Assembly (NCBI GenBank): GCA_963514005.1
Contig: OY740803.1
Span: forward strand, 28,396,001-28,460,000
Length of the DNA stretch: 64,000 bases
Direction: 5' to 3'
Source: Raja brachyura
Taxonomy: Eukaryota
The position numbers were made by a program, and so were the translations under genes. Positions 22,701 to 36,448 of this stretch are shown here, piece after piece. Positions within the stretch are counted from its first letter, which is position 1. Each line of letters begins with the position of its first letter. The notes under the pieces are model-generated. The model had not been told where the DNA came from. It did not search any database and worked only from the letters and a program-made list of their open reading frames with translations.

Positions 22701-24611
22701 AGCGAGAGACACTTAAATATGAGGGCAGATCGGTGCCATTCTCTCGGGCATTATAAAGGGAAGGATGAAAAGGGGTTGTGTGAGGAGAACACCTGAGTGA
22801 ATCTAGGAGGTGAGCATATGGCTATTTCAGGAAAGCACACCAGGCCAGGGAGAAAATCTGCATTAATGCCTGCAGTCACTCGAAGCAGCAAAACTATTTG
22901 GTGAGGAGAATGCTGTCGTGGATCTTGCAGCAGCAGAATGTTCAAAGGTTTTCGAGAAGAAAGAATGAAAAGTTTGAAAGGATGAGACAAATTTATCTCC
23001 CAGCAAATGGCATTGCCAATCACAGGCCACAGAAAGCAACAATGACCTGTGTGTTTACACAGCAAGTGCCAAACCTCTGCAACTGTAAGCTAGAGAGAAC
23101 CAAACCTGAACAGGAATGTTCAAAATAAATTATTGATTTAAACCTATTTGGTGCTGCAATAAATCATATGTGCTTGGGTCAAGATCGGACTTCCCCGAGA
23201 CTTGGCCGTTGCAAGACGGCGACTCTATGCGTGCTGTACCTGAAGAGGATCTATTGTACTCGTGTATGGTATGATCTGAATGGGTAGCATGCAGAACAAG
23301 CATTTCACGTCATCTCTGCGCAACGTGGCTACACGTAAACTAAACTAAACAATGCCAAAGTGGAATGTTGGGGGATTTGGTTGAGTACACGCGCTGGAAA
23401 TCATTCAAAGCCAAGTTCCCACATGGACACTGATGCGCAGAAGGCTTCACCCACGAGGAATTGGTCGCTATTCTGCACTTATAGCCAACAGCAGGTTTGG
23501 ATTCCCAAACTGCATGGAATTCGATCGTAAGGTTCAGCCCAAACGTGATGACTTCCGCAGTCTGTGGGAACTACAGCAGCTTGCATTTATATTGCACCAA
23601 GAGTGAAGTGAAGTAAACCCTCAAGGCACTGCACAAGTGTGTGGGACCTGAAATCCTGGTGGCACATTTGGTTGGCACCAACTCTCAGATGAGTTGCTCT
23701 GAGTTCTGCAGCTTTACCTTTTGCCTGAATAATGATAGGAATTATAATGACCTACATTTGTCTTTTGTGCACCTGGAAACAATAAACATCCTTGCTTTTT
23801 TACAATTCGACATTATAGTGTTAAGCTTGGGTGGTGATACAGGTAGTGTCCTCTTTGTAAGTGCTGCCTTGTAAGTGGACCACCAGTCATCTTTGAAGCT
23901 TGCAGACATAGACTGCAGATGCTGGAATCAAGGAATTCAACGAGACAGGCAGCGTATGTGGAAGGAATGGACAGACAATGTTTCGGGTCAGGACATTCTT
24001 CAGACTGATGGAAACATTTCGGGTCGGGTTTTTACCTAAGGAGCTCGTGACTGCCTGTGAAACTCAGCACTCGAAGATTGACCCATTCTAATCAACGGGT
24101 ATTTTTACATTGAGTGCAATTATGAATCTCCAACGACAGTAGTTTGTAGATCTTTGTCCAGTGCAACTGATCTAGAACCTTCTCTTCCGTCAGCCGAGCC
24201 AGGTCGACATATTGTGCTTTAACTCATTTAAGTGCTCATTGCAGGGTCAGTTGAAGCCGACAGTGTGGGAAATATCTATACACGTTTTATAAAAATAAAA
24301 GGAATAAAATGCAGTGTCTTCTGATGCCCGTGGTTAGTGTTCATAGTACTTGGTTAAAAGCTGCCAGCATTTTGCCATGATAGCAGCTGCAGAGAATTCA
24401 GCCTGAAGCCAACCTTTGGGGAGGTTCACCCTCAGCCAAGCCCTGGGAATCAAATGCAGCATAAGTCTATCAGTGTCCATTCCTGCCTCGAACATGGGCT
24501 TCCCAGTGGATGTTCCCTGGGCACATCCAGCCCGCGGCAGTGCAGAACTCTCTGCTGGGACTGATGGCCTCACTGTAGAAAGGAAAGGGTCAGCTTGCAG
24601 AAGCACTCTGG

Positions 24612-24705
24612 TCAGTCTAACATAGCGTCCAGTTGATCAGCGAGGTCATCAAACATGCTTCCGATGTCATCCAGGATGTTGCCGGCAGACTTCGTGGAAT
24701 TGGAG
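24612..24705 (-). CDS. CASKIN2: CASKIN2 last coding exon (C-terminal LD-like helix) to TGA
   Basis: ttcccccag| then [30 protein letters not shown], the Caskin C-terminal signature. Phase 2 matches the upstream exon. Confidence 0.95.
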
Positions 24706-24849
24706 CTGGGGGAAGCAAAGGCAGAGGAAGCAATGAGGGAGGCCCAAATGTCTGCTAGAGCAATGTAAAGAGTTGGTAGAAACCCTCGGGGACCTCCACT
24801 AGGGCCAGAATACCAGCCAAGGTGACGGGGCAGGGGTGGATGCTGAGAT

Positions 24850-25115
24850 AGCATCGTAGAGCAAGGGAAAAAGCCCTTTGGCCCACTGTGTCTACACTGA
24901 CTCATCGTACTTTCGTCCCAATCTCCCTGGACTCTACCACTCACTTTCCCACCCGGGACCAATTTATAGTGACCAATTATTTATCGCCCACATCCTTGAG
25001 ATGTGGGAGGAAACTGGCGCACCGCGAGGAAACCCACAGGGTGAACATGCAAACTCCACACAGCTAGCTCTGGAGGTCCGGGCTGAAGCTGGGTTCTGGC
25101 AGTTGTGAGCTGTGG
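24850..25115 (-). mobile_element. V-SINE, diverged
   Basis: gtgggaggaaactgg...gaacatgcaaactccacacag. Confidence 0.7.
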
Positions 25116-25689
25116 TCCATCCCTTCCTCTGGCAGTGTTGTACAAGTCCAAATGCCCCAAAACAATAGTCACCGATAAACCCAATAGCTGCTTGAGGAGA
25201 AAGGTCGGCACCTCGTGAGTAAGGCCATCTCACCGCTACTTTGACCCCATGTCCTCAGTTGCAATACCGTTCCCATGAAGCTTAACGTGAGCTGGGTGAA
25301 CGTCATCTCCTCTCAGTTCTCGACACATTCCTGCCTCCCCCACCTGGCAGCAAAACTTTCTAAATATCACCACTCTGCTATTTCTGTTTAAGATGTCCAG
25401 CATTCACCCCCTGCTCTCCTGTAACGTCAGATAATTATTCTGCACTCATATCTTTCCTGGGCCATCATTTTTTTTTCCTGAACATTCTTTCACCTGGAAG
25501 CACCCCCACCTCCCTCTACCTGTCACTGAATTCCTTCTGCTCCCATTTAGTTCATCATAGACCCTCCCATTCCTGGGCATAAGGTCCTTGTCCTCAACCA
25601 AACTCAGGTTCTCATGTCACAGATGTTGCCTGGCTGGAAGTATCTCCAGCACATATAGCGTTTTCGGTTATGAAAATCTTTATTTGAGT

Positions 25690-26725
25690 TTACAACCAGC
25701 TGTCTGAATGCAGGGGAAGAGGAAGCTGTGGCATAGTTAAATCATCAAAAAGTCTTTGAGAAGATCCCGAACAAAAGATTAGCATACAAAATCAGGGGTT
25801 ATTATATTTGCATGGCTTGACGATTGGTTATGGGACAGAAATATTCAGAAAATACAGTTCACTTTCAAGACAGCAAGCTATAACAAGAATGTTTCAGCTA
25901 ACTCTCCATGGCTCTTGGCTGTGTGCAATTTGCATCGGTGAGTACACCGTGTACATTATACTCAGGTTTGCGGATGATCCAAAACTAGGTGGGAATGTAA
26001 AATATGAGGCGGATAGAGAGTTTGCAGAGCAAGTGGGTAACAAATTATATACCAAGAGGAGGAAAGTTAGCATTTGTGTTGGAAATAACTATTTATTTAT
26101 TTATTTTTTTAATCTTTTTAATTTGTATGACTGTATGGGAAATAGCATTTCGTTGTCTCTTACTTGAAGGCAATGACAATAAAGTTGAATCAAATCAAAT
26201 AAAAAATAGGAAGACAAAGATGAGATGATTAGTGTTGAGATTTAAAGTTCAGGAAATCCTGGTAGCAGAATCACAAGAAACATGCAGTTAAAGTTAACGT
26301 GCGATTAAAGCAAGCAAACAGGAAATCAAACATTATGAAGCAGATTTCAAAAAAGGATGGGAGTGTTAGGTCAAGGCGGGAGTCCTGCATCAAACTGGGG
26401 CTTGGTGAGACCCTACCTGAAAAACTGGGCTCGTTTTGGTTTCTTTATCTAAGGAAGGATGTACTGTGTTTAGACCTGGAGTGAGTGCAATGAAGGATCA
26501 TTAGAGTGATGAAAGGAGTCTCCTAAGGAGAGATTTGACCGTAACATTTAGCTGACATCTACTTGATGACGTAGGCAATGAATGTTTGTCAGAGGATCAG
26601 CCACTTAGGATGCAGAGGAGGAGACATCTCGTTACCCATTCCCTGGTAGTCTCTACTCTGGAGTGTGGGCACGCAGTTGAGAAAAATGTTCAAGACAGAT
26701 ATTGAAAGACAGTGATAGGGTAAGA
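25690..26725 (+). mobile_element. Highly decayed CR1-type LINE
   Basis: RFADDPKLGG remnant and FW..YLRKD remnant. Confidence 0.6.
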
Positions 26726-26729
26726 GAAT

Positions 26730-27532
26730 CATAGAAACATAGAAAATAGGTGCTGGAATAGGCCATTCAGCCCTTTGAGCCAGCAGCGGCAATCGATATG
26801 ATCATGGCTGATCATCGAAAATCAGCATCCCGTTCCTGCTTTCTCCCCTTATCTCTTGAATCTCTTCTTATTGAGCCCGCACCCAAGATTGGAAGTTGTT
26901 CAGCCAGAGCGGAACACACTTCTCAGCATCTGCATACAATGGTGCCTGTCTTGTCGCTTCTTGTGCGTGGTGGTGGAAAGTTTCGTGGAAACAGGGCCGC
27001 GACATGAATGCTCTTTCCTTGAGTTCCCCCCCCCCCCCCCCCCCCCCCACCTCGTTAGTTCTAAAAGCTAAATATCTCTCTATTGAAAACATCCAGTGAA
27101 TTGGCCTCCATTGCCTTGTGCAGCAGATTCCACAGATTCACAACTTTCTGGGTGAAAAAGGTTTTCCTCATCTCAGTTCTAAATGGCCTACCCCTTATTC
27201 TTACACTGTGAACCCTGGTTCTGGACTTCCCCCAACATCGGGAACATTTTTCCTGTATCTAGCCTGTCCAATTCTTTAAGAATTTTATATGTTTCTACAA
27301 GATTCCCGCCCATCCTAAATTCCAGTGAATATAAGCCCAGTCGACCCATTCTTTCATCATATTTCAGTCCCGCCATCCCGGGAATTAACCTTGTGAACCT
27401 ACGCTGCACTCCCTCAATAGCAAGAATGTCCTTCCTCAAATTAGGAGACCATACCAGCACACAATACATCAGGTGTGGTCTCATCAGGGCCCTGTACAAT
27501 TGCAGAAGGACCTCCTTGCTCCACGACTCCAA
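26730..27532 (-). mobile_element. CR1-type LINE 3' fragment, interrupted at ~26860-27060
   Basis: LYRALMRPHLMYCVLVWSPNLRKD ORF; tail atagaaacatagaaaatagg. Confidence 0.85.
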
Positions 27533-27722
27533 TTAAGTCATACAGGAAGAGCAGAGTATTTATTTGAGAAAGATGTTGAAGGTTGAAGCTAGGATAGTAG
27601 ATCTGCCATGAAGTTACTGATTGATGTAGCAGAATGTGTTTTGCCAGTTTGCCTCCTCTCCCCACTGCAGGATGGATAGCTCAGTGAGAGGTGTATCCGC
27701 GGTGCTCATTGCCACTGGTTAC

Positions 27723-28065
27723 CTTGCTCTGCCACTATCTTCTTGAGTCAGTTTCTGCTCCACGGCATGGAGTGCCGCCTCCAGGCAACTGCTGGTCTGC
27801 TCCAGTCGCTGGTGAGCACGTGCCGCCTGTGGTACCACCATGCCCGCCGTCAGCCTGCTCGTGCCAGCGGCCGAGGCTGTGGGCCCAGAGGCGCCCCCTG
27901 GGCCCGGCAGCTGGGCATGGGATGGGAGCCTTGGTGTGGCGGGGCCCGGACTGCCGACCTGCGGAGACCTGCCGGCTCTGGGACTGCTGAGTTGCAGGCT
28001 TCGCGCTGCGGCAGGCTTAGGGGGGGTGGGCAGACCGGGCAGAGGAGACTGCTTGTGGCAGGCGT
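27723..28065 (-). CDS. CASKIN2: CASKIN2 penultimate coding exon
   Basis: tatttcag|...|gtaacc. Encodes ACHKQSPLP...AHQRLEQTSSCLEAALHAVEQKLTQED, the conserved Caskin coiled segment. Phase 1 to 2. Confidence 0.93.
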
Positions 28066-29239
28066 CTGAAATAAAAAGAGACCAAACAATTAGCAATCTG
28101 CTTCGCACAGTCAGAGTTGTGCAGCATAGAAACAGGCCCATTGGCCCACATGTCTATGATGACCATCGGGCCTACCTGTACGCTTGGCTGTAATAATTCC
28201 CTATCTCTCTATGCTTGCCAATTTAAATATCTGCAAGATGCATGTTTATTGGTATCGTTTCTGCCTCCACCACCTCTCTGACAGTTAATTCTAGATACTA
28301 AATTCTCAATGTGCGAAGCTTTACCCCACAGATCCCCTTACACTTCCTCCCTCTGACCTTAAAACAATGCCCTCTGATTTTGGACATCCTACCATGGGAA
28401 ACAGACACTGACTATCCATGCCTCTCATCATTTCATCTACATCCTTCATATCACCTCAGTCTCCATCGCTCCAGGGAAAAAAAACATTTAATCTCTCCTC
28501 ATAACTCAAGCCTTCGAATTCACAGGCAAATTAGATTAAACAAAGGACTATGTTGGCAAGGGCCCTTTTATAGGCTTCCATCGCATGGAGCAGATCATAG
28601 ATTTGTTTCAAATTATGGTCATTATTACCAAATAGCAAAAATGCCAGCTCGTCCGAATAATACAAGATCTCACAGCAACAAATGACCACTTTGTAGTAAT
28701 AGGATTGGCAGAGAGACATATTAGCCAGAGTTCAGAGAACTCCATTGCACTTCTTCGCCAGGAGAACTCTTGTCGTTGACCCGAGAGCCTTGCTCCATGT
28801 TTCATCAGCAGCCTTGACCCTTCCCCAGTCTCCGAAGAAGAAACTGCAGCGGGTTCTTTGGGCTGTTGGCAGTGGAAGGGTTAACTGCTCAGCCTGACCC
28901 TAAGATCGCCTAAAGCCCAGCAGCTGGTCAGCTTGTTGTCTGTAATGGCAGAGCAGAGCTCCAAACTCCAGGGCAGCTACACGAGGAGACAAACATTGTG
29001 CTATTGGAAGATTAATCAAATGTGAAAGATGCACTTTTGTATTTCCCAGTGCAACGAGATGTCCGCCGCGTACATTATTATTATAGCATGTAACATTATT
29101 ATTATTATAGTATTATTCAAATAATCCACATTAGTGCTACTAATGTATTGGCTTGAGAATACAATACATGTAACTAAAGACATGTACTGATTGTATTATA
29201 TTCCCTGTATAATATTTCTTATGAATAAGATGTTTTGGG

Positions 29240-30920
29240 AAGGGAGGTTGGCCACATCAGTGGTAGGGAAGCTATTGGAGATGATTTTCCACAATAGGAT
29301 TTACTCCTATTTGGAAAAGAATGTGTTAATTTGGGACAGTCAGCATGGCTTTGTACATGGCAAGTCATGTCTTACTAACTTGATCAAGTTATTTCAGGAG
29401 GTGATCGATGAGGGTAAAGCAGTTGTTGTTATCTACATGGTAAGCCATTTGATAAAGTTCCCCATGGTAAACTGATCCAGATTAAGGTGGGGAGAAAATC
29501 TGTTTACCAAGATTAAGAGTAAGGTTCACGGGATATACAGTGACAGGTCGTATGGATTCAGAACTGGCTTACTGACAGAAGACAGAGGGTTGTGGTGGAA
29601 GGACAATATTCAGACTGTGAGATCTGTGCTGGGACCTCTGTTGTTTGTGATATATATAAATGACTTGGACATACTGTTGACGTGGACAGGTTAGTTAGTA
29701 ATTTTGCAGATGACACCAAGATTGCTGAGGTCCTAGATTGTGAGGAAGGTTGTCAAAGTATACAGCAGGATATAGGTCAGCTACAGAAATGGGCAGAGAA
29801 ATGGCAGATGAAGGTTAACTCGAGCAAGTGTGAGCTGTTGCACTTTGAGAGATCAAATGCAAGGGGGGAAATATACAATGAATGGCATGTTCCTTAACAG
29901 CATTGATGTACAGAGGGATCTTGGGGTCCAAGTCCATAACTCCCTTAAAGTGGTAACACAAGTAGAGTAGGAAAGAAGACATATAGTATGCTGGCTTTCA
30001 TAGGATGATGCATTGAATATAAGAGTCAGGAATTTATTATGCAGTTTTATAGGACTTTGGTTAGGCTACATTTGGAGAATTGCATGCAGTTCTGGGTGCC
30101 CCAGTGTCATAGAGTGTGAAAACGGGCCATTCGGCCTAACTTGCCCACACCAGCCAACATGTGCCAGCAACACTAGTCCCACCTGCCCGCATTTGATCCA
30201 TATCCCTCCAAACCTGTCCTATCCATGTACCTGTCTAACTGTTTCTTAAATGTTGGGATAGTCCCAGCCTCAACTACCTCCTCTGGCAGCTTGTTCTATA
30301 AATCCACCACCCTTTGTGTAAAAAAGTTACCCCTTTTTTAAATCTTTTCCCCTTCACCTTGAACCTATGTCCTCTGGTCCTTGATTCACCTACTCTAGGC
30401 AAAAGACTTTGCATCTACCCAATATTTTCCTCTCATGATTTTATACACAACGCGGAAAGGATGTGGAGGCTTTGGAAAGGGCGCAGAGGAGGTTTACCAG
30501 AATGATGCCTGGATTAGAGGGTGGTAGCTACAGGGAGATGAGGACACACTTAGATTGTTTTCTCCGGAACGTCGGTGGTTGTGGGGAGACCTGATAGAAG
30601 TACATAAAATTATGCGAGGCATAGGTAGGGTAGACAGTCAGAACATTTTTCCAAATACTAGTGGGCACAGTTTTAAGGTAAGAGGGGCAAAGTTTTTTAC
30701 ACAGAGGGTAGTGAGACCTGGCGTGTGGTGCTGGGGGTGGTGGTTGCAGCTGATAGGATAGTGGCACTTAAGAGATTTGTGGATAGGCATATGGATGGAT
30801 ATGCAGAGAACGGAGGGATATGGATTACGTGCAGGTAGATACGAATTGTTCTTGGCATCATTTTCTGCACGAATATCGTGGGCTAATGGGCTTGTTATTG
30901 TACCGTACTGTTCTATGCTC
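29240..30920 (+). mobile_element. CR1-type LINE RT/3' fragment with nested opposite-strand CR1 end (~30105-30447)
   Basis: SQHGFVHGKSCLTNLI, VSNFADDTKI, WAEKWQM and GDLIEVHKIMRG motifs with frameshifts. Confidence 0.9.
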
Positions 30921-31078
30921 GAACTTTATTTTTGACAGTTAAAAAAGCCAGATGAAAACATTCACCATTGTTGATCTGGCTTGCAGTTCTAACGTGAATC
31001 AAAATGTGAGTTTGAACCAGCAGATTGCCAGCTCTCCCCCACCCCCCTCCGTACATTTCACAACACTGCTGATGTTAC

Positions 31079-33394
31079 CTGTGGCTGGCCTCCTGTCTGG
31101 GGAATGCCTGTTGGAAGCAGGCACCGAGCCGGTCTGTTTGGGCGTTTGCTGGAGGTAGGGGAGGGCTGGTTTGGGAGACAGTGGGGGTCTGAGCGTCTGC
31201 TTGGTTCCCTTCTCCAAGGACTGGATGCTCCTCTCAATCTCAGCGATCCTGAACTCCACACAGGCGTCATCGTCCAAGTCAGTCTTGAGGTGGGGGCCGG
31301 AGTCCACAATGTGCACGGCCTGGGCCTCTGCGTATCGAGGTCCGCAATGCAGCGGCGATAGCTGCCCCGCTTCGTTCACACCCTCTACCGTCTCCTTCTC
31401 TTTGGCCTTTGGCCGCCGTTTCACCGTGTCGGACTCTGTCAGGTTAAACTCGGGAACCTCCGGTTGCTTGGGGGATGTGTCGGTCATCTCATTTGCCAAC
31501 TGGTCATCGTAGCCTGGCTTATCCTGCACTCCCTCCACGCCAGCCTCAGAGTCCACGCTGGGCTCCACTCGGCTGCCATTGTTTGGCTTTGGCCGTTGCT
31601 TGATGGTCAATATTCCCTCCTCGGCAAAAGGTATACACTCGCTGGAGCTGTTCTGTGACGATGAGGAGACCTCGAGGTTCCCTTTCTCCACTTTGGGCTC
31701 GTCCTCGCCATCCAACTTCTCCTCCTCGCCCTCCACCGTAACTGCAGCCACCGCCACCGCCTCCACGCTGACCGCAGGTTCGCTGATAGTTCGCCACCGG
31801 CCAGCTGAATCTCTGGCTTTCTCCAGCGACCCAGGGGCGGCCTTGCCCGACAGGGACATGCCATGCCAACGCTCTGGGCTCTTGGGAACAGTCCGCTGGC
31901 TCTCCTTCCTCACTTCCGGAATCTCCCTTTTCTCTGGTTTGGAAGGCTTTGGCAAGGCCGAGGGTTTGGCCTGGACTCCAGGAGAGCCAGTCAGTTCCAA
32001 GAGGGCAGCAATGCTCCTCACGTTGCCCTCGATATGATCCCGTTGAACGGGCAACCCTTCTACCAGGTCGGGAGCATTGCAGGGGGCAAAGGTTGGGTTG
32101 CAGACCTTCTCAAACTCAAACTCCTGCTCGTGGGAGCTGGACACGGAGCTCAGGCGCTTGGGGGGAGGGGGCGGAGGTCCCTTTCTCTTCCCACGGATGG
32201 CGAGCGACTGGCTGCGGATGATGTTTTTGTCTATTAGGCACTGGGCTTTGGAGGCCGCGTAGCGCCCCGGGCGCCGGGTGAGGGTGGCGTAGGAGCTGAC
32301 GGGCCCAACATCCAGCTCCTCCTCCTCCTCGGGCTCACCGTCCGACATAGCGTAACGGTTCAGGCTCTGCGACCTCTTCTTTGGCTTGTGGCTGCTGCCG
32401 TTGAGCTCCGTGCCCGGGATGGGATACTGGAGAATGGGCATGGTGGCGGGCAATGGCGCGGGGTCAGGGTGCGGCCCATCCTCCGGCCCGTCTCCGTTGG
32501 TCACACCACACTGGGCGTGCAGGTAGATAAAACCCTGGTTGACCGACACCTGGGCTGTGGGTTTTGGCATTTGAGACAAGAGCTGGGGCCTTGAGACATT
32601 CTGAACTGAGGCCTTGGGGCGTTCCAGCGTGGAGGAGAAGGCAGCAGGTCTACCTTTGATGGGAAGCTGAGGGTAGACCAGGCTCTGGCCTGCCTTCCCT
32701 TTATTTGGAGTATGGGGTGGGGTGAAGTTTGGTGATGAGGGCAGTGGGTACTGTGCCTGCAGTATCTTCACTGTGTTTGATGTGGGCACCCCTTTTTGTG
32801 GGGCAGGCCTCTGGTAGTGGTCTCGCCCGTCCGGCCCATTTCTCTCCTTGTTCGGGCTGCCTCCAATGCTGTTCCCCAAAGCCCTGCCGTTATCCTGGCT
32901 TCGACTGACAAGCTGAATAGGTATGGTGTCCCGAGAGTGGGCAAGGAAGGTGGTCCTCCCGCTGCTGCCGCTGCTGCTGCTGCCGTCCCCGCTGCCCAGG
33001 CTCTCCTGAGACTTGCTGTCTGACCTGGTCCCCCTGAGAACGTTCTCCTGGGAATGGCCAGATCCTCGAGATCGGATGCCGATGCTCTCCTGACTCCGGG
33101 AGATGGCTCCAATCTGCTTCATGACAAGGCTCTCCTGGCAGTTGTAACAAGGGTTGGACATGGCGGACTGCAACTCGTAGCTCAGCTCACTATCCTGGAA
33201 GGTCAGCATCTTGGGGGTGTGTGGAGAATTGCACTCCCCGTTCTCCCCCTGAGAGGGCTCAATGGTGACAATCTCCAAAGCGCTGGGAACCTTGCGCCGC
33301 AGTGTCTCTGTCTTGGCCTCCGCCTCTGCTTGATTTAACGCCTTCTGTACATCCAGGAGCCTCTTCACTGCGATCATCACCTTCTTCTGGTGCC
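31079..33394 (-). CDS. CASKIN2: CASKIN2 large exon (end of SAM2 plus proline-rich region)
   Basis: 2316-nt open exon, ttttgcag|...|gtaaca. Contains HQKKVMIAVKRL, TPKMLTFQDSELS, KKRSQSLNRYAMSDGE, SYATLTRRPGR, KGPPPPPPKRLSS, IPFAEEGILTIKQRPK, FNLTESDTVKRRPK. Confidence 0.96.
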
Positions 33395-33600
33395 CTGCAA
33401 AAATACACAAAGTCACTCAAATAGCAATCTCTTGGCCACCCTTATTCCTTTCCTGGAATTCTGTTTAAGACATACTCGGGTTCCAGACGTGGGCACAGAC
33501 TAGCGGAGGGAGGGGCTGTCAGGAAAGCCGTCGACACCCCTTTTACACAGATCATCTAACGGTGCGCTTCTGACTGCAACGGGTTGGATGCCACTCTTAC

Positions 33601-33739
33601 CCAGCTGTGTGATTCCAATCTCCTGCAGATCCTCCCAGGTGATCTCACTGATGAAGGTGATGCTGTCGTAGCCGTTATCCACCAGTTTCTTGTGGTACTG
33701 AGGCAAGCCGATGGCACTCAGCCACTCAAACAAACCCAC
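33601..33739 (-). CDS. CASKIN2: CASKIN2 exon, SAM2 domain
   Basis: ttgcag|...|gtaaga. Encodes [46 protein letters not shown]. Confidence 0.96.
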
Positions 33740-33984
33740 CTGCAAGACAGAGTAGCAGAGCGTGAGTATGGTGTGGATTATAGATTCCTGATACGCTTAG
33801 TTCAAAGGACTGCTCTCCCCCTGTACAATCCCTCTCTATACTGGGGATCCTTCGATGCATTTTGTGCGTAGTGGTCATTCTTTGCAGGCTAATCCAATCA
33901 CCAAACACTAGCAATGCATATGCCCTTTAGTGTAACTCTTCATTCATGATGCCCACTTATCACAGGCAGATGAATAAATATCAA

Positions 33985-34310
33985 CCGCCGGCTTACAAGA
34001 ATGATTCCAGGAATGAGTGGGTTAGCATACGATGAGCGTTTGACAGCACTGGGTCTCTATTCGCTGGAGTTTAAAAGGTTGAGGGGGGACCTCATTGAAC
34101 TTAAATAATGAAAGGTATAGATAGCGTGGAAAGGATGTTTCCACTGGTAGGAGAGTCTAAGATCAGAGGTCATAGCCTCAGTATTAAAGGGCGCTCTTTT
34201 AGAAAGGAGGTGAGGAGGAAAACTTCTTTAGTCAGAGGATAGTTAATCTGTGGAACTCATTGCCACAGTGGGCTGTGGAGGCCAAGTCAGTGGCTATTTA
34301 TAAGGCAGAG
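33985..34310 (+). mobile_element. CR1-type LINE fragment
   Basis: LGLYSLEFKRLRGDLIE; ctgtggaactcattgccacag. Confidence 0.85.
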
Positions 34311-34663
34311 AACTTGGGCCCTGGTGAGTTGAAGGGACCGTGACACAGCTGTAGACTTAATAATTGACAACCCCCGAGGTTTATTAAAAGTCCGCCTTCG
34401 GTTATTAAGGCTTAAAAACGGAGACACTGAAGATCTCAATGAATTGGACATAGGAACTGTGCATCAGTCCTGGGCTCAGCTCTCTTATTGCTCACTTCTA
34501 CAGCCATGTGGGTGAGGGCAGTACCCTTGCTTTGGGAGGGGGACAGAGAAAATCAGGTTCATAAGCGGGTTGATGCAACAACAAGAGCAAACAGAAAGGT
34601 GAGGAGAGTTGGTGGGGGAAGATGCTAGTAGGGTCCGCTCTGGACACCACAGGGATAACTCAC

Positions 34664-34765
34664 TGGTTTGTAGTCAGGAAGCCACTCCGGAATGCTCAGC
34701 TTGCCAATCTCCGTCGAAATCTTCTTTCTGTGACCAGGTTTCGTCACCCCAATCGCTGTCAGGTC
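34664..34765 (-). CDS. CASKIN2: CASKIN2 exon, SAM1 C-terminal half
   Basis: cacacag|...|gtgagt. Encodes [34 protein letters not shown] (102 nt, phase 0/0). Confidence 0.96.
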
Positions 34766-34994
34766 CTGTGTGTAGGATGGTGGCAATTAGTGTTGATCAC
34801 ATTAGTCAGCTGTGTGCTTTCCAAATCATGGACCAGACCAAGCCATACCCTGGGCTAGGGCAGCAAATGCCATGGCAGGGATTCTTCAGTCAAGCTTGGT
34901 ACTTTATATTGATTTTATGTATATGATAGCAGTGTAACTATCTTCCACTCACTGTATTATTGTCTGGGTAAATTACCATGCTTTTATTGGAAGA

Positions 34995-35302
34995 AACTTT
35001 TACTTTGGACTTTAGAGTTAGAGCACAGCAACAGGCCCTTCGGCCACCGAGACCACGACGACAAGGGCTCACCCCGTACACAAACCTACACACTAGGGTC
35101 AATTTTACAATTTACCGAAGCCAGTTAACCTACAAACCTGCACGTCGTTGGAGTGTGGGAGGAAACCGGAGCACCCGGAGAAAACCCACGTGGTCACAGG
35201 GAGAACGTACAAACTCCGTAGAGACAGCACCCGTAGACAGGATCAAACCCAGGTCTCTGGCGCTGTAAGGCAGCAACTCTACCGTTGTGCCATTGTGCCA
35301 CC
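34995..35302 (-). mobile_element. V-SINE
   Basis: ggagtgtgggaggaaaccggagcacccggagaaaacccacgtggtcacagggagaacgtacaaactcc. Confidence 0.85.
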
Positions 35303-36448
35303 TAAGCTGTCTCTTTTTTTAAATTTTTAAGTAAACTATTTTTTCAGTAAATGAAAACCAAGCCAATTGCTGACACTAGAAATCTGAAATAAAAACAGAA
35401 ATAGTTAAAGGTTTAGGACTGTTTCGTTCTCCATCCCGAATTTTCTGTATTTATTTCTGTTTTCCCAGGAATATGGCTCTGAGGGTTTAAGTCATTCCCT
35501 CCCTTTGATTCATTATGTGGTCAATAAATAGTCGATGTGAATCAATGCCACTGTGATCTGTGGCTCTAATCTATCCCAACCTTTGTCTACCCCAGCTGAA
35601 ATAGCAATGCAGCATACTGTACACTGCTCTAAACACCACACTATATGAATGTGAAGGCACTTGTGAGAGCAAGGAAAATGATTTGTAAGGATCATCTTAC
35701 CCAAAAGGATTACAGCTATCGGGGTTAGACTAAACAGCCTTGGCAAAGAGAAAGGCTGAGGAGAAATTTGACTGGGGTCTTTTAGATTCTGAAAGGGCGA
35801 AAAAGGACATGAGGGGCAATCATGAGGTGAGTTAAGATGGGCAGGACTTGTTATCCCTGGAATGAAGGAGGAATTACTTGGGTGCAAGGATGCCAAGATT
35901 ATGAGAAAAAGGAAAGGGTAGATGGTCAGAAAGCTCATTCCATGGTAGGAGTATCAAAAGCCAGAGTTTTAAGGGGGATCGGAGAGGTATATTATTTGCA
36001 CAGAGAGAGGTTGATAGCTGTAACGCACTGTCAGAAGAAGTGGTGGAGTTAGAAAAAATTATTACGTTTAAGGGACATTTAGACGTACATTTAAACAGGC
36101 ATTGTACGATGCAGTCCATGTGGGCAAATGGGATCAATGTAAATGGACACAAAGTAGGCATGGATGTAGTGTTCTGTATGGCACTGTGGTGTTCCCACAT
36201 GGGAAAAACCATATCCAGGGGCCAGATGTATCCTTATATCTGATGGGGGAATTCAGGAGAGAGCTCCAAAAGAGGTTTAAGTCAAGTTACCACTGGTAAT
36301 CAACAGCACATTCCTTTTAGGTGAAAACTAATGGAAAGACGAGTTGGTAAGTGTCCAGGAAGAACAGTGAAGGGGGCTTACATGGGTCAACGGCCTGTGG
36401 CACCAATTCTGACTGCAGTAAAAATGGAAGAGAGCAGGTTCAAAGTAT

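Noticed and set aside
30999-33416. 805-aa ORF as a standalone single-exon gene
   Set aside because: It is the large internal CASKIN2 exon (31079-33394); both ORF ends run into intron sequence past the splice sites.
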